NCBI RefSeq assembly: GCF_001194135.2 | Contig: NC_068983.1 | Location: 159,634,212-159,683,471, forward strand | DNA from: Octopus bimaculoides | Lineage: Eukaryota | Reading direction: 5' to 3' | Length of the DNA: 49,260 bases | Shown here: piece by piece, positions 13,501 through 26,949 of the stretch | How positions within the stretch are numbered: position 1 is the first letter of the stretch | Layout of the letters: every line of letters begins with the position of its first letter | Made by a program: the position numbers and the translations under genes | The notes under the pieces: generated by a model | Told to the model about the DNA's origin: nothing | The model's input: only the letters and a program-made list of their open reading frames with translations | The model's database searches: none

Positions 13501-13849
13501 TATATATATATATATATTTTATTTATATATGTATATGAATATATATACATACATGTAAATGCATATATATACACACAAATACATACTTATATGTATTTAT
13601 ATTTATGTATGCATTTATATGTATTATATCCATGCATAAATACACACGTACAGACATATGCATATTCCGTGCATTTTCAAATTAATGCTTTGTGGCAAGT
13701 AAAATTTGATCGGATTTGAAACGCAAGCCATGCGATTTAAATCTATCTTTTCCCTACTTTTCCATTTAAGACATTTTGAAGACGGATATAAAGAGAGAGC
13801 TTAACGAACAATGAAATAGACAGACATCTTGACTGCTTCTGTCAAAGAC

Positions 13850-15215
13850 CGGATGGCGACCTGAACTGTTCAATATATGGAAGCGGCCTCAAGAAATTTC
13901 TCGCTAATCAAACAAATTTGACAAATTAACAAGTCTTGCTTCCTTTTCAGCGTAGACAAAATCAATCGAGATAAGTACAAATCATATTTTGAGTTTATCT
14001 GTCTGCACTTTGCTGGTATGAGTAGTATCATGATTCTGAACTTGAAATATTGCGACAAGTATATTTTGAACGGATTACGTAAGACTCTTCTATTTTCCTG
14101 AATCTTCTATGCACTGCTAACTTCAATTTCGAAAAGGATCTTTTACTTCGAAAATTCAAGAACTAATGATTTTATATGTTTATAAAAAAATTTGGCTTTC
14201 AAATGCATTAAAAGTTTACTTGTCGCAATGTCTAAACTTAGCATCTTGCGACACATCATATAGCAACAAAATCCGAACACGACGGTTGAAGACGAGCTAT
14301 GCTTTGAATTTGTTCCAATTGATTGCTTTTGTTTGTTCCGTGATTCTGATTGGCAGAAAGTTTCTTTATGTTCGAGACACATTGTTATCCTGCCTTCTCG
14401 TTTGAGATGACCTAACAAGTTGTTTCTGTACGCATGCCAGATTAAATGTACTTCGTCTATTCCAAATGCTGTGAGTATAATAGCAAGCAACTACATCCCT
14501 TAATTATCACTCATGTGATTGTTCTACAGACTGTTTCCAATGTCTATTGTCTTGCAGTTCATGTTCACATGCTACTTTGTATTTTGTGTACACCTCCTAG
14601 TAGAGTATCTGAGATCCTCAAGCGATGTTGATTCTTCCACCTGTAGGGACAAGTGTAGTAATCAAAATATTCTCTGTATTGTGGAGGTGAGGTGTAGCAA
14701 TTCACCCACCAGCACCCCATGCTCTGGCTTCTTCGTCTTCTACAGATTGATAATATTCTGAAGTTAGATGCTTGTTTAACTTCATAGTGATTTTGCAGTT
14801 CATGTCATTAACGAACACCAGTGCATATGCAGCAAATATATTCACCTGCGAGAGATCTTGTAGAAGAAATTCGTCTAACACTATGACTATGTACAACTTC
14901 AATCTGCCAGAAATCTTATATTATCTGGTTCATTGCCGCTTATGAAATAAACCTACACTAATGAGTAAAAGTCTTGAGCTTGTGGAAGAGAGCAGCCCAA
15001 CAACTCTGTTGTCTATTTTCAAAATCTGTCCAGTTCCTGTCATTTTTGAATGAGTACATTTAAAGCACTGAACTAATTTTTCAAGAAAGCTAAAATGCCA
15101 TCTTTCTGATGTATCCTCGAGAAGCAGATTCTTGCTAAATTCAGGAGGCTCGTGTATAGTTGTGATTTTGGCTTTCTCTCCTAAGCGGTATACACCTATC
15201 CTTTCGGGAGGCAAC
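13850..15215 (-). mobile_element. probable Helitron RepHel remnant, very decayed
   Basis: Motif-like traces in the expected order on the minus strand: DNRVV (~15010), STSLEDLR (14609-14631; cf. GPTSFEDLR), DNRHW, LAIILT...LIW (~14480; cf. LR.LFAIIL...LW), and a weak G(S)KT...AAS...GR.H trace near 13940, about 180 codons further on, where helicase motif I is expected. Confidence 0.55.
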
Positions 15216-15393
15216 GTCTTGACATTAGAGGACCGAATATTTTTAAGCAGTCATAAATAAAATGATAAAAATACTATTCGTTTATTAACTGTCATGAAAT
15301 CAGTTTTTCGAAATACACAAGACACTCTGGCTAGAAGTAGATCCTTTATAAAGTTTTGTGAAGATTGGTTAATTATGTATATATATATATATA

Positions 15394-18300
15394 CACTGAT
15401 AATAAGGAACACGAAGAATTTGAAATTTAGACTTTCTGTTTGGTTTATTCATAATAACTGTCCGACACGTGTTTCAATCGTATCAATTGCAAATTACTGC
15501 ATATTTATATGCAGAGGTTATGCATCATTTGTATGATCTTTTCATGGTGAATAGATATATTAGTGTTTAAGGAGTAATTTTCCTCGTTAATAGTTCGAAT
15601 CTAGCTTGGCAGTGGTTGTAGTAAATCATATTATTTATCGATAAGTTGCTTTTCCCAACTGATTGCTTGTGTAAACATTTGGTAGCAGCAGCAGCAGTCT
15701 TTGTTGACCTTGAAAAATTTAACTGGACTATTTGGAAGTGGTTATTTATAGAACACGTTTTCTTTGAATTATTCTACATTCCTTATAGTCATGTGGTATT
15801 TTGAATAGATTTCAGAGTTGGTTGTTGTATTTAAATTGCGATGAAAATAGTGGTGGGTGATTACAGGTCAGTAGGCACCATGTGGTTAATAAAATGAAAT
15901 AGTTAATTGTAAATTTTATCAATTGTTTTTCAATTTAATTACTATTATTATTTTAAAGAGTAGAATGGCTAGAATTACATGGTTCTTGTTTTCTATAATT
16001 CGTATTTGTTTAAAATAAGACGTTGTTTGTGCAAACAGTTAGAAACTTCATTCTTGCCTTAGGAATTAAATATTTGGCATAATTCTTCTAGACACAAATT
16101 GCATTTTTCGTCCTCTATTTTGTAAGGTTTCGCAAGTATTAATAATTTCCCATTTTTATGAATATGTAATGTTTTCATCTTTCAGCGACCATATAAGTTT
16201 ACTAAGACCCGTTGAAAATGTCTTGGAATTACTTCTTAACGAACTTTCATGATTTACTATTTTTGTTTAATAAAGCATCAGCTAGCTCTTATATAGTAAT
16301 ATTTATTTGTATTTGTTTTACTACACATCTATAGTCGGTGCTTTTTTATTCTACAATTATTTAAACATTTGCATTGTGTTCTAGCGCAATCACATTTTCT
16401 ATGTATTAAACAAGCTACGATTTCATCATTAGATTTTATAATCTTTGAGTTTGTTTTATGGTTTTGCTGATTTTTAAAACTATTATTATTGTTTTCAAAA
16501 TAGTGGCTGCTCTTTCTAGTCACCATGTGTCTCTGTCTTTTACTTATGGAATTATTTAGTTGTGTAGTTTCTCTTTGATCTGTATTTGTTTTCTTAATGG
16601 TGGTTTCATTAGAGTTTGAGTTAATCATTTCACTATAGATTTTGAAGTTGTTATTATTATAATTATCTTTAATTTGGTTTACATTTACCCTTATGAATGT
16701 TATCATCTTGAGCTTTTGCAATTTTTCTGTTGTTGTGGGTAGCTATAATGTGAGCTAAGTTTCTAGAGTTTGAAAACACAGCTTTGATGTTTTTCTTTAT
16801 TAAAAAGATTATGATATTTATTCGTTACCGAAAAATTATCTAGTGCTTCGTAAAATATTCGAGGTATCTTTGATTTAACTTGTTTAGCGAAGAGGATTAT
16901 TATCCAGTCTATATCTTTAGCACAACGTCTTAACTTATAGTTAGAATCGTAATTAAAGTTTATGGTTGGCGTGAACTTTTTACCTTTATTTTCTATTAGG
17001 TTAAGTATTTTCTGTTTTATTTTCCTATAATTGTATTTATTATTAGTTGAATTAGGTCGTATAGTTATATTACTAGATTGTGGTATTTTGTTATTGTTTG
17101 GATTGTTATTCATGTGATTATACATCCACCTCTCGTTATTATGGTCATACTTTTTATTTATACGTTTGTTACATTCAATTACCTTATCCTTATCTACAGA
17201 TTTCTTATCCTCCTTAACTTTATCTCTATTGTCTCTATTTTTGCAATCACAATTAACCAGTCTATTATTATCGTTGGTTTGTGTCGTATTATGATTATCC
17301 ACCGTATTATTAGTTAAAAAATTTTAATTTTTTTCCTGTACCCTGCTTTTTCTAGAGTTAAATTGTAATAACCAGTAGCTAATTTAAAAATTGCTTCATT
17401 GGCAGAGCGATTAGCGATTCGGGTTGAAATATTTGAGCTAGGTTTTCATTGGGTTTGTGTTATGGTAGGTAAATGCTAGATTTTAGATCTAGTGTTATAT
17501 CCAAGAAGCTTATTATATTGTGTTCTTCTTCAAATGATATGGTAAGTCTTAAGAAGAATTTGAAGAATTTTTTTTCTATATTTTTCTATATCTCTACCTG
17601 AAGGGTTATACAGTGTGTAAAGTGCATCGTCTCTATACATACCTCCTCCGACTTCAGAGAATTCCTTATTAAAGCATTCTAGTACGTCGATTTCGACTAA
17701 ATCTGTCACTTGTGCTGAATCTATTGGGCCAACAGTTATGTCGAACATATCTGTCCGATCTTTCCTAATCCAATATTTATCTTCAAATTTAATGATTGAC
17801 TTCCTAGCTGTTAAGATTACCTCTAAATCATTTGTATTTAGCGCCGAGTTATTTATTGATAAAATGAATGCCTTATTGAGTAAAATAGGGTTAATTGAAG
17901 CGTAATATTTCGAGATATCTATTTGAAGGAATTTAGTTTGGCTTTTATTGGAAATATTATTGAACCATTTAATTACTTATAATGAACTAGACCATAGTTC
18001 CAGTCTAAAAGTATTCTTAAGGGTATGTATATATTTATCGATTATGTGCTTACAAACGTTAACTAGGTCTGATTTGAAGGGGCAAATGAGTTTTACTGTG
18101 AGATTTGTTATGAAATTTGGTTTGTGATACTCAAGGTTAATACGCTGAGTTCTAGGTTCGTATGGTTCTGTTCTATCGCTTAAATCAAATTTATCCATAA
18201 TAGTTTTAGCTTGGAGGTTGTTTTGAGGTTTTCAGGGTTAGTAATTGTATAGTTCTTAATAGTTTCTTTTGCAAGTAGTGAGTGATAAAGAGAATAGTCA

Positions 18301-18720
18301 AGGTAGTATAAGTTACCCGTTTTATTTGCATGGATGAGTATTCCTTTTTTCTTTTATAGGTTTTTCGTTGTGGAATGCAATTTTTGTAGATGAGCATTTC
18401 CTCTCAAAAGGAGTTCATGGAGTTTAATATTTTTAACAATAATCCAAAATTGGTCTTCAAAGGGTGTTAAATGTTGGTTGGTGGTGAGTTCTTTTTGGTC
18501 TTAAAAATCTGTTGCAATTCCTCGTCAATTTTATAATTGGTATAATTATTATCTTTCTTGTCATGAAAATACGCCCACCTTCTCTTTCTGCTAATAAAAG
18601 AGCTGGTTTTAAAATTTGGTGTATCATGAATTCTTTTTTTCCGTGGGATTGGTATAGCCTTAATTGATGTGTGAAAATGTATTTTCTTCTTTCGAAAAAA
18701 ATTTATTTTTTATAGTAAAA
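15394..18720 (-). mobile_element. Penelope-like element (RT plus C-terminal GIY-YIG endonuclease), decayed, near full length
   Basis: The minus strand carries PLE-type RT motifs ANKTGNLY, HKPNF, KLICPFKSDL, QIDISKYYASI, ARKSII, FDITVG, YRDD (17626-17637), FLDITLDL, HKPNENL and KAGYRK. These are followed by an Asn-rich linker, a Cys motif, and an endonuclease-like region YYYI..., STGLSKLIWSLK, KWEI, CNLC (16092-16103), CLHK. About 600 bp of 3' UTR ends at (TA)n. Confidence 0.88.
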
Positions 18721-18771
18721 GAATGGATATAAATATCCAGGTAGATAACTCGTTACTCTATGTAATAATAA

Positions 18772-19070
18772 TACTTGCCGACCATACCACAAACCCAATG
18801 AAAACCTCAAATATATAAACATTAAACAGTAACCATTCACCTAGTATATCACACAAATTAGTAGAAATTATTTCAACCCGTATCTCTAATCTCTCTGCCA
18901 AAGAAGAAATTTTAAAATGGAATACAGATTATTACAATTTAGCTCTAGAAAAGGCAGAGTACAGGAAAAAATTAAAATTTTGTAAAACTAATAATAGGGT
19001 GGATAATCACAATAGAGTACAAACTAACTTAGGAACCAACAATAATAATGGAATGGTTAATTCTGACTGC
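18772..19070 (+). mobile_element. inverted internal fragment of the same Penelope-like family
   Basis: Aligns to the reverse complement of 17243-17476 (CCA..CACAAACCCAATGAAAACCT...TCTAGAAAA.GCAG.GTACAGGAAAAAA). Confidence 0.85.
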
Positions 19071-21360
19071 TCTTCTACACAATAAGAAATTTTGAACTGT
19101 ATCCCACCCCAAAGGGCCAATCGACTGATAGAAATGAAGTTGTTCATCAATGTTATCTGCCCCATCCACAAACGTGCTCCTGCATCAAATTTGCTGGTTT
19201 TACTGCTACCACAGTAGTGTCTACTCTCCTAAGCTGACTGAGCTGCCAAATCCACTTAGGCAATTACGACTTATTTTCTTTGTTCTTTTGTGATCTATTT
19301 TGCGTCCGTTCACACTAATCCTACAAAATAATCCTTCTTACCCAGGACGTCAAGCCCATGAAATTTCCTCCTTGCACATTTTCCTCCGACAATTGCTGAC
19401 TTACAAAGGTTCAGAGAACGTTAACCACGACTGTCTAGGATTAAGCGAATTTTTAGGTTGTCTGTAACTGGTCACAGGAAGTGAGAGTTATAAAACAAAT
19501 GGTGAATCATTACATCTGAATGAATTCTGCTAAATTCATTCATGGATCAGTTGGCGTTGGTGAACCAAGTGATGGATAGTCATCTGACAGAGCGCCCTAG
19601 AGATTCATTTACAGAAACTTCACTAAGTAAACCTTAGTCTACTCGAAATTGTAGTAGAAGACAATTTTCCAAGAGGTCGCGACCGAGGCATCAAACACAA
19701 AACCACGTAATCACCAAGCTAACATGTGATTCATACAGCTATGCTCCCATCTTTGCAGAGATTTATGCTACTAGACGAAGTTGGTTTGACGTTATAACCA
19801 ATTGATTAGTAAGTCAAACAAAAAGGGTCTGGAACTGTACACAGCTTGCTTGTTTAGAAGAGCGGATGAAAAATAATACGCCTGATGTCATAGATTCAGT
19901 CGACTGTTGGCGTTTTGGGAGTTGTGGTCCGGAGCATTTTGTGCACGCAAGTACACCGTACTAAATATGTAAACATGTAAGGTATTTGGAAACAAAAGTA
20001 AAATTTAACGAAAGCCAAAAGAAAAATATTAAGTATATTTTGTCGTTTATGAAAAATAAAAGGATTTGAAGACGATATACTTACATAACCACAATGAATT
20101 TTAAATTCAATAACGTAAATTCTCTTTTCAGTAAAATCCAGTAACCAGTCGATTGCTTTCTTTTCTTCATTTAATAAAGTCAGATAAATCAATATAGAAA
20201 GAAATTGTAAGTAGTAGAGTTAAGTTACACTCTTATTTATATTGAGTAAGAAAATATACAAAACTTTATCAAAATACTTATAAACCTATTGATTGTTTTC
20301 ACTAATCATAAGACCACATATGGTAGTGAAGCAGACTGTTGGTCAAAGGTGTTTTGCCGATAATCATTCCGTCTTTTCATCGAACAAAATATCTAGAACT
20401 GTATTGTCTTCTTATTATCAATGTAGTAGAATGTAAATTTAGAGGGCTCTGGCCTTCATTTTGTGCAATATGTAGAGATTGCACGTTTGGTCGATCTCGA
20501 AATCATAAAGTTGAGTTTATTCTCCTGAGATTTATATCTTACACAGTTGAAGAACAAAATATCACTAGAAATAAATGAATTTAGTCTAAATTTCTATAAT
20601 CTCTACGAGCTCACCTTTATGTAAAATTGTATTAAACTGAATGAATTTTATTAACATATAATTAAAAAATGAGTATTAATTTTCAAATTTTGGTGTATGA
20701 ATTTTATCGAAAAATATTGATACGTATCAATTATGAAGGAAATCCTGTAAGACTTACCGATATTTTCGTTATATCAAGGACACTAGCTACGCTTACGCCA
20801 GTGAAAAGTATAATGATAAAGCTGATACACTTGAATCTGCAAACTAATACGGGCAAATGATTTATTGTCATTCGTGTGCTGTACAAGCAAGGTCAAGATC
20901 TCTTTACAGTCCCATGTCGAGAACGTCGTATTTTGTTTTTTGTGTATCAAAACGGTATAATCTATCCAGTCCCAATAATTCAACTCCATCATACTGCTCA
21001 TCCTGAATAAAACGATCCACTGTTGTTTCTGTGTAGAGTCTGTGTTAAAGGCAGAATCTTTCTATCATGAAATAAGCTTCATACTGAAGCAGGAGCAGAA
21101 ACGAAATATCAATATATGCAATATCATATTCTTAAAACTAACCTTCAAAGAAAAGGTAGAAGCAAGTAGAGCTCCAAACTACTTTTCCCCAATAAGAACA
21201 CCTCTCTCGCAACCACAAGTACCTCAAGGCTTTTAAATAAAAACAATTTTTCTAATTATAACGATAAAAAAGGTTCAACAGTATGGGGCTAAGCACACCA
21301 GATAACAGAATACACTACAGTGTAAAGAAAATATGTACCTTTGATGGAAAATGATTAAAC

Positions 21361-21678
21361 CAGTTTTTCGCAGTTGGGGGTCCACGTGAGATTTTGGGGT
21401 GTTCGTGGGGGCAAAATAGTAAATTTGGGATACACAGTAATATATTTAGGGACCATAAAAACTTTGCTTTAGATGTATTGTAAGAAACAGCTATGTTTCT
21501 TTCTCTAATGTCGGGCAGAGTTCAACCTTCACAGGTGCATGTATGAAAAATAAATAGAAATTTTGAAAGAAGCATCTATAAAGCTGTTTTTTAATATTGA
21601 ATCGTTATGGGGTTTGGTTCATCAGAATAAAATAGTAATCAAAGGGACCCATAGATATAAATTCGTTGAGAATCATTG
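21361..21678. mobile_element. hAT-like MITE, decayed
   Basis: Ends CAGTTTTTCGCAG... and ...GTTGAGAATCATTG resemble CAGTGGTTCTCAAC-type hAT TIRs. The 8-bp flanks GATTAAAC and AGTTAAAT could be a degraded target-site duplication. Confidence 0.5.
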
Positions 21679-23904
21679 AGTTAAATAATGCAGCTATCTG
21701 CGAACCGGAAACTTCGATCTGAAGAGAATAACACTACTTTCAAATATATATGGAAAATAAAAGATCCTTGACTATGTCAATATCAACATGTCAATACTCG
21801 AATAGAGTAAGCTCTACATAACTATAGTAAAGTAATGCCAACTTTCAGGGCATAGAAATATATGTTGAGTAATCAGTACTATATTTAAAATGGAAGAACG
21901 AAATAATGCCCAGATTTCGTGCATTTATTGCATGGACAAGTATGTTTTCACGAGAGTCAGTTTTATAACGTTAATTTAAATCATATAATTTATAATTTGT
22001 CCTCTACTATCTCATATCTTCCAGAAATATGTCTTGGCGCTCTCCTCAGGGATATGTTAATTATACAGGTTATATATTAAAACTTTATAACTAGTATTAT
22101 TAACGTATACTTCAGGAGAGGACGATGATATGAATATTTAGTTGCATGAGATTAAAATTCGTGTCAATGTAAAGAAAGCAAAAGCATCACAAATTGATAA
22201 ATCTATGTTAAAACATCATAGCAATTTCCCGTTACTCATTCATAAAGTTGTATTCTATTTTTTCATTTCAGTCATAACAAGCTAGTCTCAACAGGGCTAT
22301 CAATTTTATCAATATAATTTTAATAAAACTACAATAGGTTGTAATCAGTTTATTAATTCAGTTAATTATTTAGATGTCAAACATGACGGAAGAGATGAGA
22401 TATGGCTGGAATCTGGGCGGTTAAATTTCTTAGGTGTTTTTAGTTACAACGTAGTTGAAGGGTTTACTGAGAAATATGTCACCCAAAATTGAGGGCTAGA
22501 GACCATCGATAAATTTTCTACGTGTTAAGTTCTACAAACTCTATGCTGGTGATCGCAAATAAATTTCTGAAAATGAAGATAGTAGTCACTTAGAATTTTT
22601 TCCTCACTTTTGGGGTAACAAAACTGTGGGTCTGTATTCATGCTGGAATGGAAGAAAAACTAGCCGTACGTGTGCAAGAAAAACTGTCTGGAAATGTATA
22701 TTGCTGGCATAGTCATCTTGATTGAAGAGTAACAAGTGATCCTTTCGGCATGGGGCAAAAGCACAGCTGCAAATCGGAAGGTGAGAGATAGTGTGTAACA
22801 TACGGTAAATGATAACAATTTGCATAGTCATTTTACATACGTTAGTGATAGCGAGTGAACGTCTCATAATGGATGACAGTGATTTTTTACTTTTGAGTGT
22901 CAAGGCAACTGTTAATAAACAGTTTAAAAGTTGTTACTTGGCATTTTTGGTTTTGAATGATATGACAGGACATAAATATTTTACGTCACCGATAAACAGC
23001 TTCTAATGAAGCACATTGATGACAGGACCGCAACTAGTCAGTTGATTTAAAGCATAAAACATTTGACGTAGAGTTATTAAACATTTATTGTGATCCTTCG
23101 TTTCCTTGCAGAGCATTCCGCGTTTATAAGAATTCTATAATATTTTATTATCAATAAAGTAAGCTTTTGTTATCAATAAAATATTTCGTGAACAATTTGA
23201 ACGAAAGACTGAAGTAGGTGGAAAAATAAAGGAATCTGAAAGAATTGAAGGCAAATAGCAATATGATCTTGATACATTATAGAAAATTGCAGGAATAGGT
23301 AGATACAAATGTTTTTTTAAAGTATATATCATTGCAACAATACAAGATAGGGAAGGGAGAAATCATAATACTTGTCTGCAGACAGCTATATTATTGTTTT
23401 GTCTTGCGTGGTAGAGCTCAAAAAATTATTACTTTAATAGACAGTCTTCGCTATAAAAGAAACTGAATGTTTCCCTTCAGACTCATGAAACCGATTCTGC
23501 TATCGGTAAGAATGCAGTATCGAATATAGAAATAATCCGAAAGTAGAACAAAAGTACTGAGAGTGAAGGGCATCAGCACAAACAAAGCGTCTGATATCAC
23601 GACTGTTTTCGTGCTGTGCATCAACGAAAGTCAGCTGCATTTGTTAAGAGGGCTTACTTATATTCTTTGATCTTAGAAGATATGAACAACTTCTGAAATA
23701 CATCGATGCTCACTGTGGATGAAAATCGATTTAATTAAGTTTATAGGTGTATTGCATCAATTCTGGAGGACATGCAACTATGTCATGCTATCTGACTTGA
23801 TGTAATATAGCTGGCAAGCTGTTAGTGGACGAAACTCGATTTCTAAAATAAGTTCTCACATTTTGTGGAAACGCAATAGTCTTAGAACTTGACGGGTGTT
23901 AATG

Positions 23905-23975
23905 TTATTAAACCAGATATATGAAAGCCAAGGTCAACCCAGGCAATATTTGAACGTAGAACTTACAGAAACTTA
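23905..23975 (-). mobile_element. SINE family B fragment, decayed
   Basis: The minus strand GTTCTACGTTCAAATATTGCCTGGGTTGACCTTGGCTTTCAT is similar to the family B core. Confidence 0.5.
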
Positions 23976-24107
23976 ATTCAATATTGCAAGGCATTCTTTT
24001 ACAAGGGTTAGGGGATTTTGCCAATGTTAAAATTAAAAGAAATAAGGCTAAAGCTCTTCCTCTCACCGAATCATATAGACTCATAAAACTAGGTTCCGTC
24101 GTAGGAA

Positions 24108-24235
24108 TACACATTTTTGCTAGCTGTGTGGACTGAAATAATGTGAAATGAAGTGTTTTGCTCGCTTCAGAAATCGAAGCCAACATCTTACGATCATGAG
24201 TTTAATACTCTAACCACTAAGCCATACGTCTCCAC
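24108..24235 (-). mobile_element. tRNA-derived SINE, family C
   Basis: The minus strand GTGGAGACGTATGGCTTAGTGGTTAGAGT...GGCTTCGATTTC shows A-box and B-box traces, followed by ACTTCATTTCACATTATTTCAGTCCACACAGCT. Confidence 0.6.
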
Positions 24236-25767
24236 TTAATTGAGACTGGTTGTAGGTATAGAAACATTCCTAAATAACAGACACTTAATCCATTTGCTTC
24301 ACATGAGTAAAACATTCACCGATAATGAATTAAAAATTTAGCAATAGATATTTGAAAAATCCACTCAGTAATTATTGGATTGATGGATTATGTGAAATAT
24401 GAAAATAATTACTAATTGATCATATGCAGAAGGAAATCAATCAACACCTTAGGAAGAAGAGTTAAAATTTCGGTTCACACCATATAAGTATGAAATTTAT
24501 ATATATCATCTCGTTGTAATACACATTATCACAAATTTGCACGGACACGAATTTTAATCTCATATAACTAAATATTTATATCATTGTGCATCTTATATAA
24601 ATGGTACATCGAATACCTAGATGTTTTATAAACCATCGTTCAATATTTATTTCTTATATTTATTAATTGTAAACACAATCCATTGAATTATTTGGACAAT
24701 GAATTTACAGATGTAAATTAATTGAAACAAAGGTATACTGCAGTTATGTGCCGTGACAGGAATATTTAAAAGCGATATTGATAATGCAGGCATTGCTCAA
24801 AACCTGGCAATATTTAGAAAGAGAATTAAGAAATAATGATGAAAGCGTCTTCAATATAATTTTTAATTAAGTCTAAGTTTTTCAAATAGAATTATATAAA
24901 ATGCTATTTACGCCAAGTTGTTTCATTATAATAGAGTAATGATTCGAATAATCTAATTGTTTGATCCTGTAATGGAAGAAAAGAGACAAGTATGTTCACT
25001 TAATTTTATTAATATAGAAAATAATTATAGCACATTCAAATTTGAATATTGTTTTTCATTCAGTTACATTTCTTTAGAACTAAGAGATATTTGTTATCAA
25101 TACATCTTTGTATTATACGTTGAGTTTTTGAGATGCAAATATAATCAGAGCGGCAATAATTTTCTTAGAGATTAGAAGTTCTTTGGTTCTAATATTTAGT
25201 TTGTCTTGAATTGAATTCTTAATATTTTTAGGAAATTGCTGGATTATTTTCAGCACTAGTTTCAAATCGAATTTCCGAAACATCATTAAGAACTGAAAAA
25301 TAGAAATAAGATTTAAACTTTTTTAGTAAACTTTAAAACTATAAAATCCGAAATATTTCAATGATAGATTTTTTTTCCATGTTTTTTTTTTATTTTTAAA
25401 CTTAAAGAACCTACGAAAACTTCACAAAATCTCAATAGGAATTACGTTGGCAACAACATAATGATCTACAGGAATGCATTTAATGTCATTTTAGAGAGAA
25501 TATAGAAAACTAAATAAAGTTATATAATTGAACGTTTTTCACATAGTGCGGTATTAACTTTATAAGCCGTTATTTTTACGGCCTTAATTTATTTTAGCGA
25601 GCGCTAAGAAGGACAAGTAAGAACTCACAAATGCCAATCTCCAAGCCAATACGATTCCGCGTTTCAATCATCTTTAAAAAAATCATTTTTAAAAGGCATA
25701 AGCCTCATGTACATTTTGTTTAATCTTAATCCAAGAAAATATTAATACAGACTACAGATACAGACTA

Positions 25768-25982
25768 CAGTAACCCCTCGCCATATCGCGGTTCACCTAG
25801 CACGGCTTATTATTTAAGCTTACGTCGATTCCTCTCTGTTTTGCATTTATAATAAAATAACTATATACAACCTACAAAAATAATTTTAAAATATACAGTA
25901 CAGTACTTTTTCTACATCATGCATTTTCACCTATCACAGGGCGTTTTGGAAAGTAACACCCGCAATTGTCGAGGAATTACTG
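25768..25982. mobile_element. Tigger/pogo-like MITE
   Basis: TA|CAGTAACCCCTCG ... CGAGGAATTACTG|TA: 13-bp TIRs with 2 mismatches and a TA target-site duplication. Confidence 0.75.
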
Positions 25983-26104
25983 TACACTCAGAGAAATTTA
26001 TACGACGTTTAGACTCGAACCAATGAGACGCTGTATGATATGATATTAAGCATGGAAATCTTGTTCCCTCTTCCCCTATCGCTTTCTCTCTCATCCTTTC
26101 TCTA

Positions 26105-26250
26105 ATTCCTTTTTTGTCCCCTTCACTGTTTTCTTTCTCTCTCTCTCTCTTTCTCTCTCTCTCTTTCTCTCTCTCTCTTTCTCTCTCTCACTTTCTCTCT
26201 CTCTTTCTCTCGCCCTCTTTCTCTCTCTCTCCCTCTTTCTCCTTTACATA
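26105..26250. repeat. (CT)n microsatellite
   Basis: Read directly from the sequence. Confidence 0.93.
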
Positions 26251-26751
26251 TTCTCTATCTCGTTGCTCACACATGACCATCGTCCATCTTTCTTTTCCTC
26301 AGGTGATGATCTTTCTTTTCCTTCACGGCTGTCGTAGAGACTGCACTTATCCTTCTGTCTCTCTCTATTCTACCTTTCATAATGTTAAAGAGAATATTTC
26401 TCTAGCGTTCGCTATTTTACCTTCATCCGATCAAACGCCCCTCTATGCTTGTTTTCTTTCGGTTCCCTTGTATGTCTCCACTGTCATGTTTTTGTTACCA
26501 ACTTTGACTCTCCGCAAATCCCATATTTTATTTTGGTTTGCGGGAGCAATTGCCTTTCGAAGACTCGTATTGTCGTTCAATGCTCAAAGTGAGGAGTAGA
26601 TGCATGGCCGAGAACTGATGAAGGGTCATTCTTTATGTTACTTGTCCTGTTTTCCATTTGTTTCTCTCGTTGTTTATGTATTCAACTCTTTCGTTTTCGC
26701 ATTTCATGTTGGTCACTGTTTGTGATGTCCTGTACCCATATATGCATATAT

Positions 26752-26949
26752 NNNNNNNNNNNNNNNNNNNNNNNNNNNNNNNNNNNNNNNNNNNNNNNNN
26801 NNNNNNNNNNNNNNNNNNNNNNNNNNNNNNNNNNNNNNNNNNNNNNNNNNNNNNNNNNNNNNNNNNNNNNNNNNNNNNNNNNNNNNNNNNNNNNNNNNNN
26901 NNNNNNNNNNNNNNNNNNNNNNNNNNNNNNNNNNNNNNNNNNNNNNNNN
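26752..26949. other. assembly gap (N)
   Basis: N run. Confidence 1.

Noticed and set aside
16329-17302. Asn-rich ORFs of 130 and 179 aa as host genes
   Set aside because: They are collinear parts of the decayed Penelope-like ORF.
26615-26630. CTGATGAAGG, a possible third hammerhead
   Set aside because: No stem II or GAAA box follows.
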